From: Syntrophales bacterium
Lineage (GTDB): Bacteria; Desulfobacterota; Syntrophia; Syntrophales; UBA8958
Reading direction: 5' to 3'
Assembly (NCBI GenBank): GCA_035448805.1
Contig: DAOTJR010000002.1
Location: forward strand, 18,832 to 82,831
Length of the DNA: 64,000 nucleotides
The notes under the pieces were generated by a model. It saw nothing but the letters and a program-made list of their open reading frames with translations, ran no database searches and was not told the DNA's origin. Every line of letters starts with the position of its first letter. Position 1 is the first letter of the stretch. This document shows positions 8,503 through 18,531 of the stretch, in pieces. The position numbers were made by a program, and so were the translations under genes.

Positions 8503-8645
8503 TCCTTATTTGGGGTTGTTTCCTCCCCTTTTTCACTGACGAACAATGCGGATATTGTCACCAATGGCGGCAGGGAAAAGACCGGTACCGGAGCACCCCC
8601 TGCTGCTTCTTGATTTTCTCCCCCGCAACGGCATATAACACCGCC

Positions 8646-10688
8646 ATGGGTATTTCACTCGTCCACGCAATGGTCTTTCTGGGCGCCTTCCTCCTGTTTG
8701 GTATGGAACCCCTGACCGGCCGTCTCCTGGTCCCCTATTTCGGCGGGGCCGTGCATATCTGGCTGGTCTGCCTGATGTATTTTCAGTTTCTCCTGCTGCT
8801 GGGTTATCTTTACGCCCATCTCCTGGCGGCACGGGCGGGAAGATGGCATCTGGCCTTGATGCTGGCGCCCCTGCTGAATCTTCCCCTGGAGATGGCCGCA
8901 ACCGCCGTCCCTACCGGCGATGTCTGGCCCCTGCTGGCCACCCTGACCCGGCACATCGCCCTGCCTTTCGTTGTCCTTTCCACGACCGTCGTCGTCGTTC
9001 AGCTTTGGGTCGCCCGGTCCTCCCTGGCACGCCCCTTCAACCCCTATGTGCTCTATGCCACCTCCAACGCCGGCTCGCTGGCGGCCCTGCTGGGTTATCC
9101 CCTCCTCATGGAGCCCTTTCTGGGACTGCGGATGCAGAGTTTGATCTGGAGCGGCGGCTATCTGCTCTATCTCCTCGCCGCCGCCGGTGTCTGGGGATTT
9201 CTCCGCCCCCGGCTGCCGCAACGGCCTCCCCCGGCAGGCGAGACCGTAACGACAAAATGGGGGACAACGCCCGGATTCTCATCCTGGCTGCTTTTGAGCT
9301 TCCTTTCCTCGGCGCTGCTGGTCACGGTGACAAATCTGGTCGCCATGGAGATCGGCTCTTTCCCTCTGGTCTGGGTCCTTCCTCTCGCCCTGTATCTGGC
9401 CAGTTTCATCATCACTTTCCGTGACGGCGAAAAACTATCTCCGCACCTGATGTATTTCTGGCTGGAGATCGTCGCTTTGGGGATCATCCTGTTCTTTATC
9501 CCGGCCAGCCACTGGATCTTTCATCTCCTTTTGCTTTGCGTCCTGTTTTTGGTTTGTGTCATGATCCACGGCGATCTCTACCGGCGGCGCCCCGACTCCG
9601 GACAACTGACGCGGTTCTATTTCGCCGTGGCCCTCGGCGGCTTTCTGGGGGGGGCCTCCATCACCCTGGCGGCACCGTTGCTCTTTCCCGGGATATACGA
9701 ATATCCGCTCATGCTTGCCGTCGTGGCCGTTATCTTCGGGTGGAGGTACCGCAAGCTCATCTTCCGGACCTGGTCGCTCAGATACGCTTCCGTTCTGATT
9801 ATCCGCCTGGGAACCGTCGCCGCCCTCTATCTGGTGCTGATTCTCGTTTCCGGAGCGAATCTGGCCGGGGACAGGAAGGCGGCGTACCGCAATTATTACG
9901 GCGTGAGCCGGATCTACGATTTTCCCGCCGACAAGGACGCCCCGGCCGGGGTACGGATCCTCGTCCACGGTTCTACCATGCACGGCCTCCAGTTTCGGGA
10001 CCGGGATCGGGAAAAGATGCCGACCATGTACTATCATCGCCGGGCCGGCCTGGGTGATGTCTTCGCCGCCCTGCCCCCGCCCCGGCGCATCGCCGTCGTC
10101 GGCCTGGGGGCGGGCACGGCCGGGGCGCTCACCGCTTCCGGAGATACCCTCGATTACTATGAAATCGATCCGGACATGGAAATGATCGCCCGGCACTGGT
10201 TTTCATTTCTGGAGCACACCCCGGCAAAGCTCCGGGTGATCGTCGGCGATGGCCGGCTCAAACTCCAACAGGCAGGGGAAAAATACGATCTCATCCTGAT
10301 CGATGCCTTCAGCGGCGACGGCATCCCCACCCACCTCATCACCCGGGAGGCCCTGGAAATCTACCGGCAGCGCCTCGCCGCCCACGGCCTGCTGGTGCTG
10401 CACCTGACGAACCGTTATTATGATCTCCGTCCCGTCGTCAAGGCCATCCTGGCCGACATGAAACTCCCCGGGGTGATGAAGCTTTCCGCCCTTACGAGCA
10501 GCGACACCTATATGCCTATCGCCACCCTGTATCTCGTCATCTCGCCGGAGAGTGAGGAGTTGAAACCTTTTGTCGAACGGGGATGGATCATGCTGGGGGA
10601 GCAGGACGGGCTCCCGCCCGGGGTGGCCTGGACGGACGACTACATCAACATCCTCGCCCCGGCGGCGGTCAAATGGCGGGCCAAATGA
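8646..10688 (+). CDS. polytopic membrane protein fused to a C-terminal spermidine synthase-like (class I SAM-fold aminopropyltransferase) domain
   Basis: The N-terminal ~400 aa are hydrophobic helices. The C-terminal part has VVGLGAGTAG and YDLILIDAFSGDGIPTHLITREAL, typical of SpeE-like proteins. The ORF track starts at TTG 8610; the first ATG is at 8646. Confidence 0.7.
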   Translation: MGISLVHAMVFLGAFLLFGMEPLTGRLLVPYFGGAVHIWLVCLMYFQFLLLLGYLYAHLLAARAGRWHLALMLAPLLNLPLEMAATAVPTGDVWPLLATLTRHIALPFVVLSTTVVVVQLWVARSSLARPFNPYVLYATSNAGSLAALLGYPLLMEPFLGLRMQSLIWSGGYLLYLLAAAGVWGFLRPRLPQRPPPAGETVTTKWGTTPGFSSWLLLSFLSSALLVTVTNLVAMEIGSFPLVWVLPLALYLASFIITFRDGEKLSPHLMYFWLEIVALGIILFFIPASHWIFHLLLLCVLFLVCVMIHGDLYRRRPDSGQLTRFYFAVALGGFLGGASITLAAPLLFPGIYEYPLMLAVVAVIFGWRYRKLIFRTWSLRYASVLIIRLGTVAALYLVLILVSGANLAGDRKAAYRNYYGVSRIYDFPADKDAPAGVRILVHGSTMHGLQFRDRDREKMPTMYYHRRAGLGDVFAALPPPRRIAVVGLGAGTAGALTASGDTLDYYEIDPDMEMIARHWFSFLEHTPAKLRVIVGDGRLKLQQAGEKYDLILIDAFSGDGIPTHLITREALEIYRQRLAAHGLLVLHLTNRYYDLRPVVKAILADMKLPGVMKLSALTSSDTYMPIATLYLVISPESEELKPFVERGWIMLGEQDGLPPGVAWTDDYINILAPAAVKWRAK

Positions 10689-10734
10689 CGAGCGCCCACG
10701 GGAAGCGGCATCAACCCGCCGGCCCGCCCGCTGT

Positions 10735-10781
10735 AAAAAAAAACGGCGTCCCCCCCGCGGCCGGGAGCGGACGCCGTTTTG
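10735..10781. terminator. bidirectional intrinsic terminator between convergent genes
   Basis: An A9 run, then the stem ACGGCGUCC...GGACGCCGU, then UUUU. Read on the minus strand, the stem is followed by a 9-U run. Confidence 0.75.
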
Positions 10782-10784
10782 TCA

Positions 10785-12779
10785 TCAGTACAAGTTCCGG
10801 CCGAAGAGGCGTTTGCTCATCCCGGTGAGGTCCGCCCATTTCATGGGGCCGCCCTTGTCGGCGGGGAAGCCCACCCCCCAGATCATGCCGACATCGATCA
10901 TCCGCACGTCCTCCACGACCTTCCGGTCGAGGAGGTCCTTGCCCGTCTTGACCATGGCTTCAAGGAGACCCTCCTGGATCTCCGCCGCCGTCCGCTCCCG
11001 GTCGCCTTTTCTGGCGATGAGGGGCAGGACCTCGGGATCGACGCTCCCGTCCTTGAGGAAGAAACCCTTGCCGGATTTCTTCAGGCCCATACGTCCCGCT
11101 TCCACGACATTGGCCAGGGTCTCCTGGCGGATCCCCATGCCCTTGAAGATCTTGTAGGGCACGTCGATGCCCACTTCGTCGGTAAGGCGGATGGGTCCCA
11201 CGGGCATGCCGAAGGCCGTCATCGCCGCGTCCACCTGCTCGATGGCCGTACCCTCCTCGATATACCGGAAGGTTTCCAGAAGCATGGGGAACAGGAGGGC
11301 GTTCACCACGAAGCCCGCGTTGTCCCGGCAGACGAGGGGCCGCTTCCGGATGGCGGCGGCGAAGTTCAGGAGATTGTCCACCGTCTCCTGGCTCGTCTGT
11401 TCACCCCGGATGACCTCCACCAACTGCATGAGCCAGACGGGGGAAAAGAAGTGCAGGCCGCCGAAACGCTCCGGATTGGTCAGCATCGGCGCCATGGACT
11501 TGATGGGCAGGGAGGAGGTGTTGCTGGCCACGACACAATCGCCGGGGATCACCTGACAAAGTTCCTGATAAACCTGCTGTTTGATCTTCAGGTCTTCGAA
11601 GACCGCCTCGACGACGATGTCCACGTCCCGGAATTCCGGCCCGTATTCCGCGGTGGTGATGATCAGCTTCAGATAATCGTCCACGGCGCCCTTGAGGCGT
11701 TTCTTTTCCGCCATTCCTTCCAGGATCTTCCGGACGAAGGCCTTCCCCGGCTCCAGGGCCGCGGGGATGTCCTTGACGACCACGGGGATCTGCATATTCC
11801 GGACGATATCGATGACGATCCCCCGGCCCATGGTGCCGAAACCGAGGACGGCCGCCTTCTTCAGGGGCTTGGGCACGAAGCCTTTCGTCATCATCGCCTT
11901 GGGCTTGTCCGTCATGGTCTTTAGGAAAAAGGTGTTGATGCTTCCCTTGGACTCCCGGGACATGACGACCTCCACAAAGTTGGCCTTCTCGATCTCCAGG
12001 CCCTCTTCCAGGGATACCTTGAGGCCCTCCTGGATGGATTTCAGGGCCAGCATGGGGGCGGGGAGCTCCCGGCCCCGGGTGGCCTTGAGGATTCCCTGGC
12101 GGGCCAGGGCGGCGATCTCGTCGATCCGGGAGAAATCATGCGCCGGTCTTTTCAGGGCCGCCGTCCCGGCGATTATTTCCTCGATAAACCCCTTGGCCGC
12201 ACTGAGCAGGTCGGCATCCGCCGGGATGAGACGGTCGATGATCCCCGCCTCCAGAGCCTTCGCCGCCGGGAGCATGGTCCCCTTCAGGATCAGCTCGATG
12301 GCGGGATAACCGATGAGGCGCGGCAGGCGCTGGGTGCCGCCGCCGCCGGGGAAGAGACCGACGTTGCATTCCGGCAGACCGATAAGGGTGGTTTTCCCCT
12401 CCTTGGCGATCCGGGCCGTGCAGGCCAGGGCGAATTCCAGGCCGCCGCCGAGGCAGTGGCCGTGGATGGCCGCCAGCACCGGCAGGTTGAGCTCGTTGAG
12501 CTTCCGGAACGCCCCGTGGAAGAGTTCGAGCACCTCCCGCACCGCCGCCGGGGTTTCGATATCGGCGATCATCTTGAGATTCGCCCCGGCAAAGAAATTA
12601 TCCGGTTTCCCGGAGATGAAGATGACACCCCGGAGCCCTCCGGCCCGGGCCAGCTCCCCCATCAACTCGTCGAAGCTCGTGAAGGCCGCCTCGGTCCAGG
12701 TGTTCATGGCATCGCCGACGACATCGAAGGTCACCACACCGATGCCGTCTGCCACCTGCAATTGAAAAACCTTGCTCAT
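10785..12779 (-). CDS. bifunctional enoyl-CoA hydratase / 3-hydroxyacyl-CoA dehydrogenase (FadB/FadJ-like)
   Basis: N-terminal crotonase fold (GKPDNFFAGANL, AAIHGHCLGGGLE), a central NAD-binding region (AAVLGFGTMGRGI), and a 3HCDH C-terminal domain. I place the start at MSKVFQLQV (ATG 12779) behind a GGAGG RBS. The ORF track start at 12968 looks too long. Confidence 0.85.
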   Translation of the reverse strand: MSKVFQLQVADGIGVVTFDVVGDAMNTWTEAAFTSFDELMGELARAGGLRGVIFISGKPDNFFAGANLKMIADIETPAAVREVLELFHGAFRKLNELNLPVLAAIHGHCLGGGLEFALACTARIAKEGKTTLIGLPECNVGLFPGGGGTQRLPRLIGYPAIELILKGTMLPAAKALEAGIIDRLIPADADLLSAAKGFIEEIIAGTAALKRPAHDFSRIDEIAALARQGILKATRGRELPAPMLALKSIQEGLKVSLEEGLEIEKANFVEVVMSRESKGSINTFFLKTMTDKPKAMMTKGFVPKPLKKAAVLGFGTMGRGIVIDIVRNMQIPVVVKDIPAALEPGKAFVRKILEGMAEKKRLKGAVDDYLKLIITTAEYGPEFRDVDIVVEAVFEDLKIKQQVYQELCQVIPGDCVVASNTSSLPIKSMAPMLTNPERFGGLHFFSPVWLMQLVEVIRGEQTSQETVDNLLNFAAAIRKRPLVCRDNAGFVVNALLFPMLLETFRYIEEGTAIEQVDAAMTAFGMPVGPIRLTDEVGIDVPYKIFKGMGIRQETLANVVEAGRMGLKKSGKGFFLKDGSVDPEVLPLIARKGDRERTAAEIQEGLLEAMVKTGKDLLDRKVVEDVRMIDVGMIWGVGFPADKGGPMKWADLTGMSKRLFGRNLY

Positions 12780-12882
12780 AAGATACCTCCATTCATCTTG
12801 CTGCAATAAAATTAACGCCCCGGCGGCGGTATGGCGTACATCGCCCGCGCCGTCCGGGCATTTTCCATCTGAGGCCGGATAT

Positions 12883-13953
12883 TTACTTCTTTCCTCCGTA
12901 TTGCTCGTCGATCCACTTTTGATACTCTCCCGACCGGACCCGGTCCGCCCATTCCCGGTTTTCCACATACCAGCTCACGGTCTTCCGGAGTCCCGTGACG
13001 AAGGATTCCCGGGGCCGCCAGCCCAATTGCCCCCTGAGCTTGGAGAAATCGATGGCGTAGCGCCGGTCGTGCCCGGGGCGGTCCTGGACGTAGGTGATGA
13101 GGTCCCGGCGGGATTCGCCGCCGATCCGGGGCCGGATTTCATCCAGGATATCCAGGATCATGCCGACGATCTCGATATTCTCCATCTCCGCGGCGCCGCC
13201 GATGTTGTAGGTTTCCCCCCGCCGCCCCCGGTTCATGATCGTCCAGATGGCGTCGCAGTGATCGGTCACGTAGAGCCAGTCCCGGACGTTCCTCCCGTCG
13301 CCGTAGATGGGCAGGGGCTTCTCCTCCAGGGCGTTGAGGATCATGAGGGGGATGAGCTTTTCGGGAAACTGGTAGGGGCCGTAGTTGTTGGAACAGTTCG
13401 AAAGGGTGGTGGGCAGTCCGAAGGTCTCGTGGTAAGCCCGGACCAGATGATCCGAGGCGGCCTTCGACGCCGAATAGGGGCTGTTGGGCCGGTAGGGGGT
13501 CTCCTCGGTGAAGAGCCCGGTCGGGCCCAGGCTGCCATAGACCTCGTCGGTGCTGATGTGGTGGAACAGCCGGAAGGCATCGCCCCGGCTCCGGGCAATC
13601 TCCAGGAGGTTGAAGGTCCCGACGATATTGCTGAAGATGAAGCTGTCGGGCCGCTTGATGGAGCGGTCCACGTGGGATTCGGCGGCAAAGTGGCAGACGG
13701 CGTCGATCTCGTATTCCGCAAAGACGTCCTTCATGGTCTCCTGATCGCAGATGTCGGCGCGGATAAAGACATAGCGCCCCGGATCGGCCGCCGCCACTCC
13801 CTTGAGATTGTCCGGGTTGCCCGCATAGGTGAGGGCGTCCACGTTGACGATCCGCCCGTGAAAATCCTCCCGCGCCAAAAGGTAATGAATGAAATTGCTG
13901 CCGATGAAGCCGCAGCCGCCGGTCACCAAAAGGTTCTCCATACCGATTCCCAT
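12883..13953 (-). CDS. rfbB: dTDP-glucose 4,6-dehydratase
   Basis: 356 aa. It has [26 protein letters not shown] (YxxxK) and a typical RfbB C-terminus. The start may instead be MENLLV at 13941. Confidence 0.9.
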   Translation of the reverse strand: MGIGMENLLVTGGCGFIGSNFIHYLLAREDFHGRIVNVDALTYAGNPDNLKGVAAADPGRYVFIRADICDQETMKDVFAEYEIDAVCHFAAESHVDRSIKRPDSFIFSNIVGTFNLLEIARSRGDAFRLFHHISTDEVYGSLGPTGLFTEETPYRPNSPYSASKAASDHLVRAYHETFGLPTTLSNCSNNYGPYQFPEKLIPLMILNALEEKPLPIYGDGRNVRDWLYVTDHCDAIWTIMNRGRRGETYNIGGAAEMENIEIVGMILDILDEIRPRIGGESRRDLITYVQDRPGHDRRYAIDFSKLRGQLGWRPRESFVTGLRKTVSWYVENREWADRVRSGEYQKWIDEQYGGKK

Positions 13954-14141
13954 ATTTGTTGTTACTCCTCGTTAGATGTGACGATTTTTAAAACTGATTT
14001 GCCTTTTCTCCTCCCGCTGCGGGGGCGACTTCGTTGCTCCCCCCGCTCCGGACGGTTCGTTTCTCCCCCCGGCACATGTTTCTGTATCCTCGCCCTATCA
14101 AACCTTAGAGGTGCGGAGGGGGATGGGGAGGGGTCTCAACC

Positions 14142-15062
14142 TTACTTCAAAAAGCCCTGAATGATGCGGTTGACGGCCTCGTCGTAGTCCAGCCCCAGGC
14201 TCATGAGCTTCATGAGCTGGTCGCTGGCAATCTTGCCGATGGAGGCCTCGTGGGTGAGGGCGGCATCGGGATGATGGGCCTTCAGCGCCGGTATCGTTTC
14301 GTTCTTGCCGTTGTCCATGATGATGGCGTCACACTCGATGTGGCCGAAGCAGGGCGCCAAGGCCTCCAGGGTGGCGTGGAAATCCTGCCGGGAATCACCC
14401 TTGATGACGGAGCGGGAGATCATGTTCGCCCGGCTGCCCTCCCCGGCCATGGTGATGGTGTTGGTCGAAACCGCCCGCTGGCCGCCTTCCGTGAGAACCC
14501 GTTCGGTGATGAGCAGCAGGCTGTCCGGACCCAGGGTCGCCTCGTTGACCCGGTTCGCCTCGTCCACGCCGCCGATCTGGGTCAGCTCCATCTCCGCCGC
14601 CGCGCCCGCCGCGAGGATGACCTTCGTCGTGGGATTCAATGAGCGGCGCCCCCGTCCGGAACCCCGGGCGTAATGCTTTTCCACATATTTCACCTTCGCC
14701 CCTTCGCCGACGTGAAACTCGTGGATCCCCGCGTGGCCCTCCGGTTCCGGGCCGCCGCAGTGGATGCCGCAGCCGGCGATGATGGTCACATCGGATCCCG
14801 CCCCGATGAGGAAATTGTTGTACACCACGTCGTAAAGCCCCGCCTGGCTCAGAATGACGGGGATATGGACGGATTCGTTGACCGTTCCCGGCTTGATGGT
14901 CACGGTGATCCCCTTGCCGTCGGCCAGGGATTCGATATTGATATTGGCGGAAACCTCCCGTTTCAGCAGTCGGCCGTTCTTGCGGATATTGAAGGCCCCC
15001 TTGGGGAGGCCCTCCAGATCCGCCACCGTTTTCAGCAGTTCCCTATCGATAGCATCCAACAT
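14142..15062 (-). CDS. SufB/SufD family Fe-S cluster assembly protein
   Basis: 306 aa. A beta-helix-like repetitive core and a C-terminal HEASIGKIASDQLMKLMSLGLDYDEAVNRII, characteristic of SufB/D. It overlaps the SufC-like gene by 20 nt. Confidence 0.75.
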   Translation of the reverse strand: MLDAIDRELLKTVADLEGLPKGAFNIRKNGRLLKREVSANINIESLADGKGITVTIKPGTVNESVHIPVILSQAGLYDVVYNNFLIGAGSDVTIIAGCGIHCGGPEPEGHAGIHEFHVGEGAKVKYVEKHYARGSGRGRRSLNPTTKVILAAGAAAEMELTQIGGVDEANRVNEATLGPDSLLLITERVLTEGGQRAVSTNTITMAGEGSRANMISRSVIKGDSRQDFHATLEALAPCFGHIECDAIIMDNGKNETIPALKAHHPDAALTHEASIGKIASDQLMKLMSLGLDYDEAVNRIIQGFLK

Positions 15063-15774
15063 CTCGATCTCCTACGCATTTTCTATAGTTGCAGACGCTC
15101 AGGTCGTTGAGCATGGGCAGGGCTCCCTGAAGGTCGCCCCGATAGACGAGTTTTCCCTCACTGATCATCAGGACGATGTCCGCCGCCTCCAGGAAGGCCC
15201 GGTTGTGGCTGACCACCAGGGTGGTGGTGCCGTGCTCCTTCTGCTCCCGCTTGAGGAGACGGACCATGGGCTGGATCGTCCAGAGGTCGATGCCGGTATC
15301 CGGCTCGTCATAGATGGCCAGCTTGGGATTCCGGGCGATGGTGGTCGCCAGTTCGATCTTTTTGATCTCCCCGCCGGAGAGTTTCGTGTCCACCGGCTTG
15401 TCGAGAAAGGAAAGGGAACAGATCCCGACACGGCGCAGAAGGGCCAGGAGCATCTCCTCGTCCTCCGTTCCCGCCGCCATGGCCAGGAGATCCCGGAAGG
15501 TGATCCCCTTGAAACGGGCGGGCTGCTGGAAGCTGTAAGCGATTCCCTCTTTGGCCCGCTCCGTGATGGAAAGTTGCGAGATCTCCTTGCCGTCAAAGAG
15601 GATCGACCCGGAATTGGCCGCGTTGATGCCCATGATGAGTTTCGCCAGGGTGGTCTTGCCGCTCCCGTTGGGACCGGTGATCCCGTAGAATTTTCCCTGC
15701 TCGAAGGTGTAGTTTATCCCGTCGATGATGTTCCTCTCGCCGACGGAGAAATAAAGATCCTTTAGTTCCAGCAT
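15043..15774 (-). CDS. SufC-like ABC ATPase
   Basis: 243 aa. Walker A GPNGSGKTT, the signature LSGGEIKK, and Walker B IYDEPDTGID. Confidence 0.8.
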   Translation of the reverse strand: MLELKDLYFSVGERNIIDGINYTFEQGKFYGITGPNGSGKTTLAKLIMGINAANSGSILFDGKEISQLSITERAKEGIAYSFQQPARFKGITFRDLLAMAAGTEDEEMLLALLRRVGICSLSFLDKPVDTKLSGGEIKKIELATTIARNPKLAIYDEPDTGIDLWTIQPMVRLLKREQKEHGTTTLVVSHNRAFLEAADIVLMISEGKLVYRGDLQGALPMLNDLSVCNYRKCVGDRDVGCYR

Positions 15775-15842
15775 CGTCTCAACCTCCTTGCTGCTTGCTG
15801 CTTTCCAGCGGTCTTATTGATGATATTCCCGCCGATGTCAAA

Positions 15843-16304
15843 TCATTTATGGTCCGGGGAGGAGGCAACGAAACAAGTCTCGTCGATGACCACTCCCTGG
15901 GTCAGACAGTCGCCCACGGGGCAACGTTTCTTGACCAGGGCGGCAAACTCCCGGATCTTCTCCTCGGGGGCAGCGGCCCGGATGAACACCCGGGTCCGGA
16001 TCCGCTGGTACCCCGGCCTTACCCCTTCTTGTCCCCTGATGAATCCCGCGGGATCGATGTCCCCCTCAAGTTCCACCCGGTACTCCTGCAGGTCGATGCC
16101 GAAGGGCCGGGCCAGAAACCGGGCGGTGATGCATTGGCAGGACCCCAGGGCGCACAGGAGCATCTCCACGGGATTCATGCCCTCGTCCGTTCCCCGCATG
16201 TTCCGGGGTTCATCGGCAAGGAGCGTAAAGCCGGCGGTCCGGTTTTCCACCGCCATACCGTGATCCAGCAACCGCGATGCCGCCTGAAAAGTTATCAAGG
16301 CCAT
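15843..16304 (-). CDS. OsmC/Ohr family protein
   Basis: 153 aa. PVEMLLCALGSCQCI and a later conserved CPV are typical of the OsmC fold. Confidence 0.75.
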   Translation of the reverse strand: MALITFQAASRLLDHGMAVENRTAGFTLLADEPRNMRGTDEGMNPVEMLLCALGSCQCITARFLARPFGIDLQEYRVELEGDIDPAGFIRGQEGVRPGYQRIRTRVFIRAAAPEEKIREFAALVKKRCPVGDCLTQGVVIDETCFVASSPDHK

Positions 16305-16322
16305 GAACTGTTTTCCTCCCTG

Positions 16323-17204
16323 TCAAAGGTAATTCCGCGCCCCCAGGTAGCGCTTCCGGTAATAGTTGTTCGCCAGGACGTCACTCCGGATCTTCTTCCC
16401 CCGCCCCGGGGCGTGGATGAACCGGCCGTCGCCGATGTAAACCCCCACATGGGACACCTTGCCGCTCTTCCCGGTGGCGAAAAAGACCAGATCGCCCCGG
16501 CGCAGATCCTTTTCATCGACCTCCGCACCGGTCCCGAACTGTTCCCCCGAGGTCCGGGGCAGATCGATGCCGTTGAGCTGATAGACCGTCATCGTCAGGC
16601 CGCTGCAATCGAACCCGGTTTCCACGGAGGTCCCCCCCCAGAGATAGGGCACGCCGATGAAGCTCTGCGCCGCCTTGACGAGCTCCCGGCGGAGGTAATC
16701 CTCCCCCAGCTCCCCGGCCCGGGCCACGGCGTATTCCTCCGGGGCGACAAGATAATATTCCTCGATCAGCCCCAAGATCCTGAGGGCTTCGGCCTGGTTC
16801 GCCGCGCTTTCCCGGGTGGGGAAATTGCCGATGCGGACCTTGAAAAGCCCTGTTTTCGCCGCAAAATAGGTGGCGTCCAGTCCCTGGTCTTTCAGAACCT
16901 CCGTGAGGCGGGCGGCGTTTTCCGCCTGGGAAAAGGCGCCGGCCTGTATGGTGAAGCCCATGCGGGGGACCTTTTTCCCGGCGGTCATGGCCCGCTCCTT
17001 CTTTACCGGCGTCGCCTTGGCCCGGGGGGGAGGGACATACCCCTTGCGGCCGGAACATCCCGCCGCCGGCAGGAGACAGAAAAGACAGAGGACCACCCCC
17101 ACCAGGAAGCGATAATGCCGCCCGCCGGTCACCACGCCTACAGGCACCGGGCATGAACCCGTCTTGCGGTCGACCGTCGCCCGGGCCTTATCTTCACTCC
17201 TCAT
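16323..17204 (-). CDS. NlpC/P60 cell-wall peptidase lipoprotein with SPOR domain
   Basis: Lipobox LLPAAGC. A SPOR-like segment FTIQAGAFSQAENAARL...FKVRIGNF. NlpC/P60 motifs GVPYLWGGTSVETGFDCSGL and SHVGVYIGDGRFIHA. Confidence 0.8.
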   Translation of the reverse strand: MRSEDKARATVDRKTGSCPVPVGVVTGGRHYRFLVGVVLCLFCLLPAAGCSGRKGYVPPPRAKATPVKKERAMTAGKKVPRMGFTIQAGAFSQAENAARLTEVLKDQGLDATYFAAKTGLFKVRIGNFPTRESAANQAEALRILGLIEEYYLVAPEEYAVARAGELGEDYLRRELVKAAQSFIGVPYLWGGTSVETGFDCSGLTMTVYQLNGIDLPRTSGEQFGTGAEVDEKDLRRGDLVFFATGKSGKVSHVGVYIGDGRFIHAPGRGKKIRSDVLANNYYRKRYLGARNYL

Positions 17205-18442
17205 GTCAAAACGCTCACCAGGAGACCCTTCAGATAGCGTCCTTCACCGTGGGCCAGGATGGTCGGATGATCCGGCGCCGCGGCAAGTCTCCGCAAGAGG
17301 CGCAGGTTTTTTCCCGCATCCCGGGCGGCGCCGAGGACGATCTTCTCGAACAGCGCCTCGTCCACACCGTTGGAACACGAGAAAGTGGCCAGCAGTCCTC
17401 CCGGATTCAGGTGTCGCAAGGCCTGGAGATTGATATCCTTGTAGCCCCGGGCGGCTTGGGAAACCTCCCGGCGGCTTTTGGCAAAGGCAGGGGGATCCAG
17501 AATGATCAGGTCAAAAATTTCCTCGGTGCGGCGCAGATACTGGAAGCAATCCTCCCTGATAACAGGATGACCGGCCGGATCGAAGCCGTTGGCCGCCAAG
17601 TGCCGCCGTGTCGTTTCTCCGGCCGCTTCCGAAACATCGACGGAAACAACCCGCCGCGCCCCACCCCGGGCGGCGGCGACGGAAAAGGCCCCGGTATAGG
17701 CAAAACAGTTCAGCACCGACAACCCCCGGCTGAGGGTCTCGATCATCCGGCGGTTGTCCCGCTGGTCTAAAAAGAAGCCTGTTTTTTGCCCGGCCAGGAT
17801 GTCCACCTCGAATTCCAGCCCGTTTTCCCGAATGGAAACCGCCGGCGGGGGCGCCTCTCCCCAGACCACTCCCTGACGGTCGGTCAGTCCTTCCCGGCGC
17901 CGCGAACCTCCTTCGCTGCGTTCCAGGATGCCCCGGGGGGCATATTCCGCTGCCAGGGCCTCGATCAACTCCCCACGGCTCTTTTCCACCCCCGCGGTCC
18001 CGACCGCCATGACCAGGTAATCGCCGTAGCGATCCACGACCAGTCCGGGAATCCCGTCCCCCTCCGCGTTGACGAGGCGGCAGGCATTGTCTGCGGCGGG
18101 CAGGACCATCCTTCTCAGCGCCGCCGCGACCCGAAGCCGTTCCCGCCAGAAATCCCGGTCTATCCGGGCCCCGATATCCCTGGTTATCATTCGAAAGGAG
18201 ATATCGGACCGGGAATTGTAAAAACCGAGGGCCAGCGGGGCCCCCGAGGAAGACGTTACCAGCACCACATCTCCCGGTTCCGGATGGCCGGCGGTCCCGG
18301 CCATTGCCCCGGAAAAAAGCCAAGGATGACCGTTCAGGAGGGATCTCTCCCGGCCGGCTTTCAGAACAAGCCGGGGGTAATCGGACCAGGAAGGACCACC
18401 TTTAAGTTGCGACATCGTCATTTCCCGTTCCCCATGTATCAT
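17201..18442 (-). CDS. RlmI/RlmK-like SAM-dependent rRNA (cytosine-C5) methyltransferase (PUA plus MTase)
   Basis: N-terminal LKAGRERSLLNGHPWLFSGA, then GLVVDRYGDYLV, FLDQRDNR, VLNCFAYTGAFS and LDPPAF. Confidence 0.8.
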   Translation of the reverse strand: MIHGEREMTMSQLKGGPSWSDYPRLVLKAGRERSLLNGHPWLFSGAMAGTAGHPEPGDVVLVTSSSGAPLALGFYNSRSDISFRMITRDIGARIDRDFWRERLRVAAALRRMVLPAADNACRLVNAEGDGIPGLVVDRYGDYLVMAVGTAGVEKSRGELIEALAAEYAPRGILERSEGGSRRREGLTDRQGVVWGEAPPPAVSIRENGLEFEVDILAGQKTGFFLDQRDNRRMIETLSRGLSVLNCFAYTGAFSVAAARGGARRVVSVDVSEAAGETTRRHLAANGFDPAGHPVIREDCFQYLRRTEEIFDLIILDPPAFAKSRREVSQAARGYKDINLQALRHLNPGGLLATFSCSNGVDEALFEKIVLGAARDAGKNLRLLRRLAAAPDHPTILAHGEGRYLKGLLVSVLT

Positions 18443-18531
18443 ATCTGCCGCCGGGATGGAAACAGGGAGGCAGGATGATGACCTGCACGTACATTTTGAG
18501 ATTACCGGTGGTCGGAAAGACGGGTATGGAT

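Noticed and set aside
15843-16304. OsmC-like protein as a third selenoprotein candidate, since OsmC-like is a known Sec family.
   Set aside because: The ORF is uninterrupted and both conserved positions are ordinary Cys codons. It contains no in-frame TGA.
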